The notes below the pieces were generated by a model, which did not search any database, was not told the DNA's origin, and saw only the letters and a program-made list of their open reading frames with translations. This document shows, piece by piece, positions 1 to 8,519 of a stretch of 64,000 nucleotides of DNA; positions within the stretch are counted from its first letter, which is position 1; each line of letters starts with the position of its first letter. A program made the position numbers and the translations under genes. Source of the DNA: Polyangiales bacterium (lineage in GTDB: Bacteria; Myxococcota_A; Polyangia; Polyangiales; Polyangiaceae); the NCBI GenBank assembly GCA_038231275.1, contig JBBRLQ010000004.1, forward strand, positions 32,001 to 96,000. Direction: 5' to 3'.

Positions 1-2
1 TC

Positions 3-1127
3 CACGGGACGATGGATCTCCCTGAGGCGAACAGCGGCGTCCTCATCGACAAGTACGAGAAGCTTCATTTCCCGGTGGTCCATGAGCACCCGGCCCTCGG
101 CCACAACGTGTGGCAGCCGACGTACGAGGCGCTGAAGGGCCTCAAGTGGCTCGTCCCACATCGGCGCGATCTGCATCCCCGCCACGTCGCCTTCCGTACG
201 ATGCGCCTGCGCAGCGCGAAGAACGCGTGGGTCCGCGTCGGCGAGCTCGCGCGGCCCGACGCGTGGGGAGAGGTCACCGCCGACGTTCGAAGCAAGACGC
301 GCATCGACGCGCACACGCGCGGCGTCACCGAGGTGACGTTCACGCGCGACGACAAGCTCGTCGACCCGGTCTCGCCGATGACCGTGTCGCTCGATGGGAC
401 CGCGCTCGACGTCGGCGACGCGGAGCCGCTCGTCTTCCACAAAGACGACGGCGGGTGGAAGAATGGACCCGCAACGCACGATCGTCCGTGGAAGCGCGGC
501 GACGTGACCGGTCCATTCCGCGACGTCTTCCGTTCGCCGCTCCTCTTCGTGTACGGAACCGACGATCCGGCCTTCGCGCGCGCCAACGAGGAGGTCGCGC
601 GCGCGTTCGCGACGGTTCGCTGGGGGGTCTCCGTCCGCTTCCCGATGATGAGCGACGCCGAGTTCCTCGCGCGCGGCGAGGCCCTCGCGAACGATCGCGG
701 CCTCTTCCTCGTGGGCAACGCGCGCTCGAACCGCGTCGTGCGCGCGCTCGAGGCCGAGCTTCCGATCCGGGTGGACGGCGACGCGATCGTGATTGGCGCG
801 CAGCGCATCGTCGGCAAGCAGCTCGGCGCCGCGTTCGTCCGTCCGAACCCGCGCCGCCCCGATCGCTACGTCGCAATCGTCGAAGGCGTCGACGCCCTCG
901 GGACGTGGCGCGCGCTCTCCTTGCCCGACATTTTGCCTGATTTCGTCATCTACGACGAGAGCCTCGCCCCCGCGCGCGGCCAGATGCTGCTCTCCGCAGG
1001 CTCGGTGCGCGCGGCTGGTTTCTTCGAGAACGACTGGTCGATCCCCGTGACCGTCGCCGATCCGCTCGCCACCGTCGCGCGACCGGCCGCGAAGTCGGAG
1101 AGCGACGCGACGCCGTACCTACCGTAG
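3..1127 (+). CDS. 5'-partial alpha/beta-hydrolase (esterase / S9 peptidase-like) with large C-terminal domain
   Basis: Frame is open from the window edge. HGTMD (bases 3-17) and a later GHNVW fit the catalytic Asp and His motifs of alpha/beta hydrolases; the nucleophile Ser lies outside the window. Confidence 0.6.
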   Translation, partial: HGTMDLPEANSGVLIDKYEKLHFPVVHEHPALGHNVWQPTYEALKGLKWLVPHRRDLHPRHVAFRTMRLRSAKNAWVRVGELARPDAWGEVTADVRSKTRIDAHTRGVTEVTFTRDDKLVDPVSPMTVSLDGTALDVGDAEPLVFHKDDGGWKNGPATHDRPWKRGDVTGPFRDVFRSPLLFVYGTDDPAFARANEEVARAFATVRWGVSVRFPMMSDAEFLARGEALANDRGLFLVGNARSNRVVRALEAELPIRVDGDAIVIGAQRIVGKQLGAAFVRPNPRRPDRYVAIVEGVDALGTWRALSLPDILPDFVIYDESLAPARGQMLLSAGSVRAAGFFENDWSIPVTVADPLATVARPAAKSESDATPYLP

Positions 1128-1203
1128 CGCTGCGCGATTTTTTCACGTCGGTTCTGCGCGCGCTCCATTGCGGGATCTCCGGCCGCGACCCACCTTGTTT
1201 AAA

Positions 1204-1638
1204 ATGGACGCTCCCCCTGCGATCGAGGTCGACACGGACGAGGTCTCGACGGTCGGCAAGTGGGCCGGATGGACAGCGATGGCGTTGTTCTCCACGGCCT
1301 TCTTGTTCGTCGCGTTCTGGTCGCTCCTGTCACTCTTCTGGCTGCCGCTCTTCGCGATCCCCGCGGCCTACTACTATTTCCGCGCCGCCCCCGCTGGCGC
1401 CGGCGTGCTGAAGGAGCAGGAGCAAGAGCAGGTTCATGAACAGGAGAGCCAACCCGACGCGACTCCGGCGCTCCCGCCGGAGTTGATCATCGTCGAGATC
1501 GATGAGCCCGACGAGGTGACCGCCAAGTACGGCCAGTCGGCCGAGGACAGCCTCGCCAGACAGATCAAGGAAGCGGCAGATCGACACGACTGGGACCGCA
1601 TCGCCCAGCTGACCGCCGCCACTCGCTCGGTCGTCTAG
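1204..1638 (+). CDS. small membrane protein, hypothetical
   Basis: ATG at 1204, a hydrophobic two-TM hairpin (WAGWTAMALF...YYYF), then an acidic EQEQEQVHEQE linker. Stop overlaps the rluB stop. Confidence 0.6.
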   Translation: MDAPPAIEVDTDEVSTVGKWAGWTAMALFSTAFLFVAFWSLLSLFWLPLFAIPAAYYYFRAAPAGAGVLKEQEQEQVHEQESQPDATPALPPELIIVEIDEPDEVTAKYGQSAEDSLARQIKEAADRHDWDRIAQLTAATRSVV

Positions 1639-2648
1639 CGACCCCGACCCTTCGGCGCACGCCAATCGCTCTTTGCGGCGGGCTCTCGCTCGGCGCGGGG
1701 ACCCGTGCGCGCGCGATCGCTGCGGCCGCCCCCCGCGCGACGCGTGATTGCGGCGTCGCCACGTGCGCTCGACGCGCGGGTGTTCGCCGCGCGTGGCGTG
1801 TGATGGGCGTTGACGGACGGCGCGGGCGCAGGCGCGTGCGGTCCCTGCGGAGGCTTGCGAGCTGTCGTACGGCGAACGTGACCTTGCGGTCCCGCGGCAT
1901 CCGACGGGGCGTGCGGCGTCGAGCGCGGGACGCCGTAGGCCTTCTTCAGCGTGACCAGCTCGTCGCGCGTGAGGTGGCGCCACTGGCCGGGGCGGAGGTC
2001 GTCGGTGGTGATGCCGGCGAACGCGAGCCGCGCGAGGCGCATGACCGGGAAGCCGCTCGCCTCCCCCATGCGACGAATCTGCTGGTTTCGCCCCTCTGTG
2101 ATCGTCAGCTCGATCCAGGATTTTCCCGCTTCGTGGCGGAGGAGCTTCACCTCGGCCGGGAGCGTCATCCCGTCCTCGAGCTGGATGCCCTTCTTCCACT
2201 TCAAGATGTCGGCCGGCGACATCTGGCCCGCGACCTTGCACACGTACGTCTTCGGCACGGCGCGGCGCGGGTGCATGAGGGCATCGGCCATCTCCCCGTC
2301 GTTGGTCGCCAGGAGCGCGCCGCTGGTCGCGAAGTCGAGTCGCCCGATCGGGAAGACGCGCGTGCCCACGCCGGTGAGGAGCTCGCGGACGCTGGGGCGC
2401 CCCTCCGGATCGCTCATCGTCGAGACGACGCCGCGAGGCTTGTGGACGAGCACGTACACGAGCGTCTCCGCGACGACACGTTTGCCGTCGATCTCGATTT
2501 TGTCATTGTACGGATCGGCCTTGGCGCCGAGCTCGGTCACGAGCTTGCCGTTCACGCGCACGCGACCGGCCACGATCATCTGCTCGGCGGCGCGCCGCGA
2601 TGCGATGCCGCCGCGCGCGAGGATCTTTTGGAGACGTTCGTTGCTCAC
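1635..2648 (-). CDS. rluB: 23S rRNA pseudouridine synthase (RsuA/RluB family)
   Basis: S4 domain ERLQKILARGGIASRR, catalytic GRLD, EGRNQQIRRM motif and a basic low-complexity tail. GTG start chosen at 2648. Confidence 0.9.
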   Translation of the reverse strand: MSNERLQKILARGGIASRRAAEQMIVAGRVRVNGKLVTELGAKADPYNDKIEIDGKRVVAETLVYVLVHKPRGVVSTMSDPEGRPSVRELLTGVGTRVFPIGRLDFATSGALLATNDGEMADALMHPRRAVPKTYVCKVAGQMSPADILKWKKGIQLEDGMTLPAEVKLLRHEAGKSWIELTITEGRNQQIRRMGEASGFPVMRLARLAFAGITTDDLRPGQWRHLTRDELVTLKKAYGVPRSTPHAPSDAAGPQGHVRRTTARKPPQGPHAPAPAPSVNAHHTPRAANTRASSARGDAAITRRAGGGRSDRARTGPRAEREPAAKSDWRAPKGRGR

Positions 2649-2676
2649 GATGGTCCACTCCCTTACACTCCCGCGC

Positions 2677-3030
2677 ATGCGACGTGTGGAAAAACCTTGG
2701 GGGCACGAGCTGATCTGGGCCGAGACCGCGCGCTACGTCGGCAAAGTGCTCCACATCACCAAGGGGCAGCGGCTCTCGCGCCAGTACCACAACCTCAAGG
2801 AAGAGACGTTCCTCATCCAGTCGGGCGAGATGGACCTCGAGATCGGCCAGGGCTCCGAGCTGAAGACGATCCGCATGTTGAAGGGCGACAGCTTCCACTG
2901 CCTGCCGAAGACGATCCATCGCATGGTCGCGGTCTCCGACGTCGCCGTGGTCGAGGTGTCGACGCCCGAGCTCGACGACGTGGTCCGGCTCGAGGACGCC
3001 TACGGGCGCGAGGGCACGAGCAAGGCCTGA
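2677..3030 (+). CDS. cupin domain protein (mannose-6-phosphate isomerase type II C-terminal-like)
   Basis: RVEKPWG, LSRQYH..KEET, IHRM and EVSTPELDDVVRLEDAYGR motifs. Confidence 0.85.
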   Translation: MRRVEKPWGHELIWAETARYVGKVLHITKGQRLSRQYHNLKEETFLIQSGEMDLEIGQGSELKTIRMLKGDSFHCLPKTIHRMVAVSDVAVVEVSTPELDDVVRLEDAYGREGTSKA

Positions 3031-3611
3031 GCCTGACGCACGAGCTCGCGCTCGAGCGCGACGGCGTCGATTCCCATGCGTGACGCCTCGCCCATCGCGA
3101 GCGCGTCGGCCGTGCGCTCCATCGACAGGAGAAGCGCGAAGCACGCGACCCGACGCCCTTCGCCGGCGAGCGCGACGAGGCGGTCGAGCTGCGCGCGCCG
3201 ATTTCGCGTGAACGTTTTCTCGACGCGCGGCTCGCTGACGGCGAGGTGTCGCAAGTCGCGCCGGAATCCCGGCCACTCCGCGTGCACGTGGAGGACGTGA
3301 CGGATCGCTGCGCGTGCGCGGGCCTCCACATCGGCCGTCTCCTTCCACGCGTCGTCGACGCCGCGCCACACGGTCTCCACCCACCACGCGTAGACCTCGA
3401 CGAACGCCTCGGTCTTGTCGGCGAAGTGCTTGTAGAACGTGCCGGGCGCGTAGCCGGCGGCGCGCGCGATGGCGTTGCTGTCGGTCCCGAAGTAGCCGTG
3501 GTCCTCGAACGTACGCGCTGCCGCGAGGACGAGACGCGCGCGGGTCTCCTCCGGATCGCCGCGTCGCGCACGGGGGCCGAGCTTCGCGAGCGCGCGCGCC
3601 TCCGCCTTCAC
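3000..3611 (-). CDS. TetR/AcrR family transcriptional regulator
   Basis: TRARLVLAAARTFEDHGYFGTDSNAIARAAGYAPGTFYKHF HTH. The GTG start overlaps the upstream hydrolase stop (GTGA). Confidence 0.9.
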   Translation of the reverse strand: MKAEARALAKLGPRARRGDPEETRARLVLAAARTFEDHGYFGTDSNAIARAAGYAPGTFYKHFADKTEAFVEVYAWWVETVWRGVDDAWKETADVEARARAAIRHVLHVHAEWPGFRRDLRHLAVSEPRVEKTFTRNRRAQLDRLVALAGEGRRVACFALLLSMERTADALAMGEASRMGIDAVALERELVRQAQALLVPSRP

Positions 3612-4498
3612 AGGCCGTGCTCCGCCTCGAAGCGCCGAAGTGCACGCTCGATCTCGTCCACACACTCGAGGAACGGGTTGTGCCCGGCGTCGAAGGTGGC
3701 GACGCGCGCGCGAGGGATGGACCGGATCGCGTCGCGGCTCGCCCAAAGCGGGTTGAAGCGATCGCCCGTCGCCCACGCGAAGAGGACCGGGACGTCGATG
3801 CTCGGGACGACGGCGCGCAAATCGGACGACGGATCGGCGAACCCTCGCCAGGCGGCTGCGAGGAGCGGCGCGATCTCCGGCGCGCTGGCGACGATGCGCG
3901 CGCGCTGTGCGTCGGCCGCCGGCTGCGACAGGACCATCCGATAGTAGGCCGCGAAGACGCGTGGGTACCACCACGCGCTGCGCGTCCCCGCCTCGAACAT
4001 CCGCGCGAAGGCGCGCGTCACGAAGCGCGAGAAGGCATTTCTGCGAAAGAGCCCGCCGGCGTTCGCGACGACGAGCGCTCGGAAGACGCCGGGCCTTCGC
4101 GCCGCGAGCTCGAGACCGGCCGCGCCGCCGATCGAGTTGCCGAGCAGGATCGGCCGCGCGAGCCCCGCCGCGTCGAGGAACGCCTCGAGGATCTCCGCGT
4201 ACCTTCGGCTCGACGGGGGCTCGACGTCGACGCCCGACGCGCCGTGACCGGGCCAGTCGAGCGCGACGACTCTGTGATCCTTCGCGAGCCGCGCGCGCAG
4301 CGCCTCGAAGTCGCGCGCGCCGTGACCGATCGCGTGCGTGCACACCACCAGCGGCGCGTCCTTCGGCCCCTCGTCGTCGAACGCGATCTCGACTCCGGCC
4401 ACGCGGAGCCGCTCGCCGCGCGCGCCAACCGCCTGCCGCAAGCCTCCGGCCTCGTGCCCGGCCCCATGTTCGTGCCGTTGCAGCGTCGCGATCGTCAT
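3608..4498 (-). CDS. alpha/beta fold hydrolase
   Basis: DWPGHG, nucleophile elbow GNSIGG, GD..N and AGHNP motifs. Confidence 0.9.
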   Translation of the reverse strand: MTIATLQRHEHGAGHEAGGLRQAVGARGERLRVAGVEIAFDDEGPKDAPLVVCTHAIGHGARDFEALRARLAKDHRVVALDWPGHGASGVDVEPPSSRRYAEILEAFLDAAGLARPILLGNSIGGAAGLELAARRPGVFRALVVANAGGLFRRNAFSRFVTRAFARMFEAGTRSAWWYPRVFAAYYRMVLSQPAADAQRARIVASAPEIAPLLAAAWRGFADPSSDLRAVVPSIDVPVLFAWATGDRFNPLWASRDAIRSIPRARVATFDAGHNPFLECVDEIERALRRFEAEHGL

Positions 4499-4533
4499 AG
4501 TGATATATTTATCATTATCTGCGTGAACGTCAA
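4498..4533 (-). promoter_or_regulatory. AT-rich palindromic operator and -35 element of the hydrolase-TetR operon
   Basis: TAGTGATA-TATT-TATCATTA (4498-4517) abuts the ATG; TTGACG lies on the minus strand at 4533-4528. No RBS, so probably leaderless. Confidence 0.65.
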
Positions 4534-4557
4534 GGGAGCACGCGTTCTCGTGCCCCC
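4534..4557 (-). terminator. stem-loop downstream of the lipoprotein pair
   Basis: GGGGGCACG-AGAACG-CGTGCTCCC on the minus strand, 6 nt after the stop at 4564; weak U tract. Confidence 0.4.
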
Positions 4558-4563
4558 CGCCGA

Positions 4564-5358
4564 TTACTTCTTCTTGGCCGCGCCGGTCGCCTTCTTCGCG
4601 CCCGCGTCCGCCGCCGTCGTCCCCGCGTCGATCACCGGAGCGCCGACCGCTGCCTGCACGCCCGCGTCGAGCCCCAGCGCCTCGCGCGCCTTCCGCTCAG
4701 CCTCGTCCTGCTCGGCGCGGAGGATGTCGTCGCGATCCCATCGGTCGACGTGCCCGTCGAACGAGTCGTCCACGCCCATGCGCTCGAGGCGACCCTTCGT
4801 GTAGATCTCCCAGACGTCGGGCTTGCCATCGAAGTTGCGGTCGCGCTTGATGCGCGTCATCTGGCCGTCCTGGTAGAACTTCCAGATGTCGGGCTTGCCG
4901 TCCTTGTTGGTGTCGGTGTCCTCTTCGGCGAGGCGACCGTCGACGAACGAGAGCCACACGTCGATCTTGCCGTCGTAGTCGCTGTCGGCTTCTTCGTGCA
5001 TAGCCTCGCCCTTCGCGTTGAAGGTGCGGACCACGTCCTTGATGCCGTCGAGGTTCGTGTCGATCTCGCGGCAGACGAGCGACTTGTGGCGCGTGTCGCC
5101 TTCGCCGAACGTCTTGTAGACACGGCGCACGTTGGGCTTGAGCGCGCCGGGCCCCGCGGTCTCGTTGACCTCGAGCTCGGGCTTGTTGCGCCAGTCGCAC
5201 ATCGTGCGATCGTCTTTGGGCCAGCTCGACGGATCCTTCGAGCCGCCGGGCGCGGTCTTCTCGGTCTTGGGCGGCGGCGTGCTCCCTCCTCCGCACCCGT
5301 ACGCGAGCGAGACCAGGACGGCAGCAGCAGCGGCGGCGGCGATCGCGCGACGGCTCAT
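4564..5358 (-). CDS. lipoprotein with five Dx[DN]xDG beta-hairpin repeats
   Basis: Lipobox LAYGC; repeats DTNLDGIKD, DSDYDGKID, DTNKDGKPD, DRNFDGKPD and DDSFDGHVD with a period of about 22 aa. Confidence 0.8.
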   Translation of the reverse strand: MSRRAIAAAAAAAVLVSLAYGCGGGSTPPPKTEKTAPGGSKDPSSWPKDDRTMCDWRNKPELEVNETAGPGALKPNVRRVYKTFGEGDTRHKSLVCREIDTNLDGIKDVVRTFNAKGEAMHEEADSDYDGKIDVWLSFVDGRLAEEDTDTNKDGKPDIWKFYQDGQMTRIKRDRNFDGKPDVWEIYTKGRLERMGVDDSFDGHVDRWDRDDILRAEQDEAERKAREALGLDAGVQAAVGAPVIDAGTTAADAGAKKATGAAKKK

Positions 5359-6164
5359 TTCTTCGCTCCTCCGCGGTTCTCTTTGCGCTTCGGCGGCCCG
5401 GCGTCTTGCGGGACTGGCGTGCCCGAGGGGCCGGCGTCGAGATCGGCGCGCGGCGGCGGAGCAACCGGCGCGGGCGGGGCGGATCCTGCGTCGGTGGCGG
5501 ACGTCGCGAGCGGGGCGCCGCCGTCCTTCGTGTCGCCGCCGATGACGACCGTGGACTCCGGCTCGGGGACGCCGTCGCCGTTCTTATCCATTTGGATGGT
5601 GATCTTGTCGCCGTCGTACGCCCACCACTGGTCGACCCGGCCGTCGTTGGTCGTGTCGCGCTCGCGCTTGGTGCGCTTGCCGGTCGCGGGATCGAAGTAG
5701 TCCCACGTATCGATGCGGTGCTGGCCGGTCGTGTCGAGCTCTTTGCGAACGAGCTTGCCGTTCTCGTAGTACTCGATGAGATCGACGACGCCGCTGTCGT
5801 CGAAGTCGCTCTCGCGACGACGGAGCTGGCCGTTCGCGTCGTAGTACTCGTACATGTCGGGCTTGCCGTCGTGGTTCAAGTCGGCGATCCGGCAGACCTC
5901 GTGACCCGCCTTGTCGTAGATGCGCTTGATGTCGGCCTTGCCGTCACCGTTCGCGTCGAGCGACTCGACACGGTTCCCCGCCTCGTCGCACGCCTCGTGC
6001 GCGATCGACTCGGAGTGGCTCCCGCCCGGCAGCTTCGCCGACGCGACGCCCGACTCTTTGTTCTCGCCGCTGCAGCCGGCGGCCCCCATGATCCCCAACC
6101 CCAGGCCAAGCGAAACTGCCGCCACCCCCAGGAACGCACCGTCCGCTCGCCAACGCGAAATCAT
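5355..6164 (-). CDS. lipoprotein with six Dx[DN]xDG-like beta-hairpin repeats (paralog of the neighbour)
   Basis: Lipobox AAGC; repeats DANGDGKAD, DLNHDGKPD, DFDDSGVVD, DTTGQHRID, DTTNDGRVD and DKNGDGVPE. ATGA overlap with the next gene; the start could be 6185. Confidence 0.8.
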   Translation of the reverse strand: MISRWRADGAFLGVAAVSLGLGLGIMGAAGCSGENKESGVASAKLPGGSHSESIAHEACDEAGNRVESLDANGDGKADIKRIYDKAGHEVCRIADLNHDGKPDMYEYYDANGQLRRRESDFDDSGVVDLIEYYENGKLVRKELDTTGQHRIDTWDYFDPATGKRTKRERDTTNDGRVDQWWAYDGDKITIQMDKNGDGVPEPESTVVIGGDTKDGGAPLATSATDAGSAPPAPVAPPPRADLDAGPSGTPVPQDAGPPKRKENRGGAKK

Positions 6165-6289
6165 CGCCGCCACGATACCCACCACAGGCGTGACATCGCA
6201 AGTGTGGCAAAAACCCGCGACAGTCGGGCACTTGGCCCGCAGCGGCTTCGGGGGCCCGCCGCGGGTGACAAATTGGACTCCGGACGACC

Positions 6290-6317
6290 TTGACGGTCAC
6301 GTATGTTCACGTAGTGT
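6290..6317 (+). promoter_or_regulatory. putative sigma70-type promoter of cdbA-lepA
   Basis: TTGACG-N16-TAGTGT about 45 nt upstream of the ATG at 6364. Confidence 0.4.
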
Positions 6318-6363
6318 AGGTTCACTGGGGATTGCGAAATTCCCCGAGAAAACCCCGCCTACG

Positions 6364-6606
6364 ATGTCCCGGAAGAAGATCTCCACCACCATCTACGTGA
6401 CCCCCGAGCAGAACGATCGGCTGAAGCTTCTGCACGAGCGAACGAAGGTCCCGGTGGCCGTCTACATCCGCGAGGGGATCGACATGGTGCTGCGTCACTA
6501 CCAGCACATCCTGCCGGGGCAGCTGCCGCTCGACGGAAGCACGGGCAGCTTGCTCGACGAGAAGCGCGCGGCCGACGAGAAGAGCGCGGCGAGCAACAAG
6601 AAGTAG
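6364..6606 (+). CDS. cdbA: ribbon-helix-helix DNA-binding protein, CdbA-like (c-di-GMP-binding nucleoid protein)
   Basis: MSRKKISTTIYVTPEQNDRLKLLHERTKVPVAVYIREGIDMVL...LPGQ closely matches the myxobacterial RHH protein CdbA as I recall it. Confidence 0.75.
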   Translation: MSRKKISTTIYVTPEQNDRLKLLHERTKVPVAVYIREGIDMVLRHYQHILPGQLPLDGSTGSLLDEKRAADEKSAASNKK

Positions 6607-6666
6607 TAAGAGGAGCGCGCGGCCTCCCGAGCAGGCCCCTTCCGGCACCCAACGCCGACCCCGAAC

Positions 6667-8499
6667 ATGGCCACCGAGCAGTCCAAGATCCGCAATTTTT
6701 CGATCATCGCGCACATCGACCACGGAAAATCGACCCTGGCCGATCGCATCCTCGAGGTGACCGGCGCGGTGACGCAGCGTGAGTCGCGCGAGCAGTTTCT
6801 CGACAAGATGGACCTCGAGCGCGAGCGCGGCATCACGATCAAAGCCCAGAACGTCCGGCTCAACTACACGAGCAAAGATGGCGTCCTTTACCAGCTGAAC
6901 TTGATCGACACGCCTGGCCACGTCGACTTCAACTACGAAGTGAGCCGCTCGCTCTCGGCGTGCGAGGGCGCGATCCTCGTCGTCGACTCGACGCAAGGTG
7001 TCGAGGCGCAGACGCTCGCGAACGTTTACCTCGCGCTCGATCAGGGGCTCGAGATCCTGCCGGTCTTGAACAAGGTCGATTTGCCGTCGTCCGACGTCGA
7101 CGGGACGAAGGAGCAGATCGAGCAGGTCATCGGCCTCGATTGCTCCGAAGCGATCCCGTGCAGCGGCAAGACCGGCGTGGGCGTGCCGGACATCCTCGAG
7201 CAGATCGTGAAGAAGGTGCCGCACCCGAGGGGGAAAGCGGACGCGCAGCTGCGCGCGCTGATCTTCGACTCTTGGTACGACAGCTACCGCGGCGCGATGA
7301 TCATGATCCGCGTCGTCGATGGGACCCTGAAGAAGGGCGACAAGATCCGCTTCATGGCGACGAAGAACGATTTCGAAGTGACCGAGATGGGCAGCTTCCA
7401 GCCCTTCGCGGTGCCCGTCGAGGAGATCGGGCCCGGAGAGGTCGGCTTCGTCGCGGCGAACATCAAGAGCGTCCACGACACCAACGTCGGCGACACGGTG
7501 ACGCACGCGACGGTGAACGCGCAGAAGGGGCCGCACCACCTCGGCCCGTCGACGGCGATGCTGCCGGGCTTCAAAGAGGTGAAGCCGATGGTCTTCGCCG
7601 GCATCTTCCCGACCGACAGCGCCGAGTACCCTGCCCTCCGCGACGCGCTCGAGAAGCTGCACATGAACGACGCGGCGTTCTCGTTCGAGCCCGACTCGTC
7701 GGAGGCGCTCGGGTTCGGGTTCCGCTGCGGGTTCCTCGGGCTCCTCCACATGGAGATCATCCAGGAGCGCCTCGAGCGCGAGCACAACCTGGATCTCATC
7801 ACGACGGCGCCGAGCGTCGTCTACAACGTCTACAAGACCGACGGCACGATGCTCCGCGTCGAGAACCCGGCGAAGCTGCCGTCGCCGCAGTGGATCGATC
7901 GCATCGAAGAGCCGATCGTGAAGATGTCGATCCACGTGCCGGCCGAGTACGTCGGCGCGGTGCTCGCGCTTTGCCAGGAGAAGCGCGGGCAGCAGATCGA
8001 CTTGAAGTACGCGGCCGCCGATCGCGTCATCATCGTGTACGAGCTGCCCTTCGGAGAGGTGCTCTTCGATTTCCACGACAAGCTGAAGAGCGTGTCGCGC
8101 GGCTACGCGTCGATGGACTACGAGATCACCGGGTACCGCGCCGACCAACTCGTGAAGGTCGACATCCTCGTGAACGGCGAGCCGCTCGACGCGCTGAGCA
8201 TCATCGTCCACAAGGAGAAGTCGTTCCCGCGCGGGCGGTCGCTCGCGGAGAAGCTGAAGGAGTTCGTGCCGCAGCAGCAGTACGAGGTCGCGATCCAGGC
8301 GGCGATCGGCGGGAAGATCATCGCGCGGGAGACGGTGCGGGCGCTGCGCAAGGACGTGACGGCGAAGTGTTATGGCGGCGATATTTCGCGAAAGCGGAAG
8401 CTCCTCGAGAAGCAAAAAGAGGGGAAGAAGCGCATGAAGCAGGTCGGGAGCGTCGAGATCCCGCAGAAGGCGTTTCTTGCGATCTTGAAAGTGGACTGA
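6667..8499 (+). CDS. lepA: translation elongation factor 4 (LepA)
   Basis: [42 protein letters not shown] and [25 protein letters not shown]. Confidence 0.99.
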   Translation: MATEQSKIRNFSIIAHIDHGKSTLADRILEVTGAVTQRESREQFLDKMDLERERGITIKAQNVRLNYTSKDGVLYQLNLIDTPGHVDFNYEVSRSLSACEGAILVVDSTQGVEAQTLANVYLALDQGLEILPVLNKVDLPSSDVDGTKEQIEQVIGLDCSEAIPCSGKTGVGVPDILEQIVKKVPHPRGKADAQLRALIFDSWYDSYRGAMIMIRVVDGTLKKGDKIRFMATKNDFEVTEMGSFQPFAVPVEEIGPGEVGFVAANIKSVHDTNVGDTVTHATVNAQKGPHHLGPSTAMLPGFKEVKPMVFAGIFPTDSAEYPALRDALEKLHMNDAAFSFEPDSSEALGFGFRCGFLGLLHMEIIQERLEREHNLDLITTAPSVVYNVYKTDGTMLRVENPAKLPSPQWIDRIEEPIVKMSIHVPAEYVGAVLALCQEKRGQQIDLKYAAADRVIIVYELPFGEVLFDFHDKLKSVSRGYASMDYEITGYRADQLVKVDILVNGEPLDALSIIVHKEKSFPRGRSLAEKLKEFVPQQQYEVAIQAAIGGKIIARETVRALRKDVTAKCYGGDISRKRKLLEKQKEGKKRMKQVGSVEIPQKAFLAILKVD

Positions 8500-8519
8500 C
8501 GCGCGGCTTGGCGCGTCAG
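8496..8519. terminator. hairpin between convergent genes, containing both stop codons
   Basis: CTGACGCGC-GGCTTG-GCGCGTCAG, a perfect 9-bp stem. Confidence 0.5.

Noticed and set aside
7500-7560. Short His-containing insertion in LepA ([13 protein letters not shown])
   Set aside because: It falls in a variable interdomain loop; no evidence of an intein or a function.
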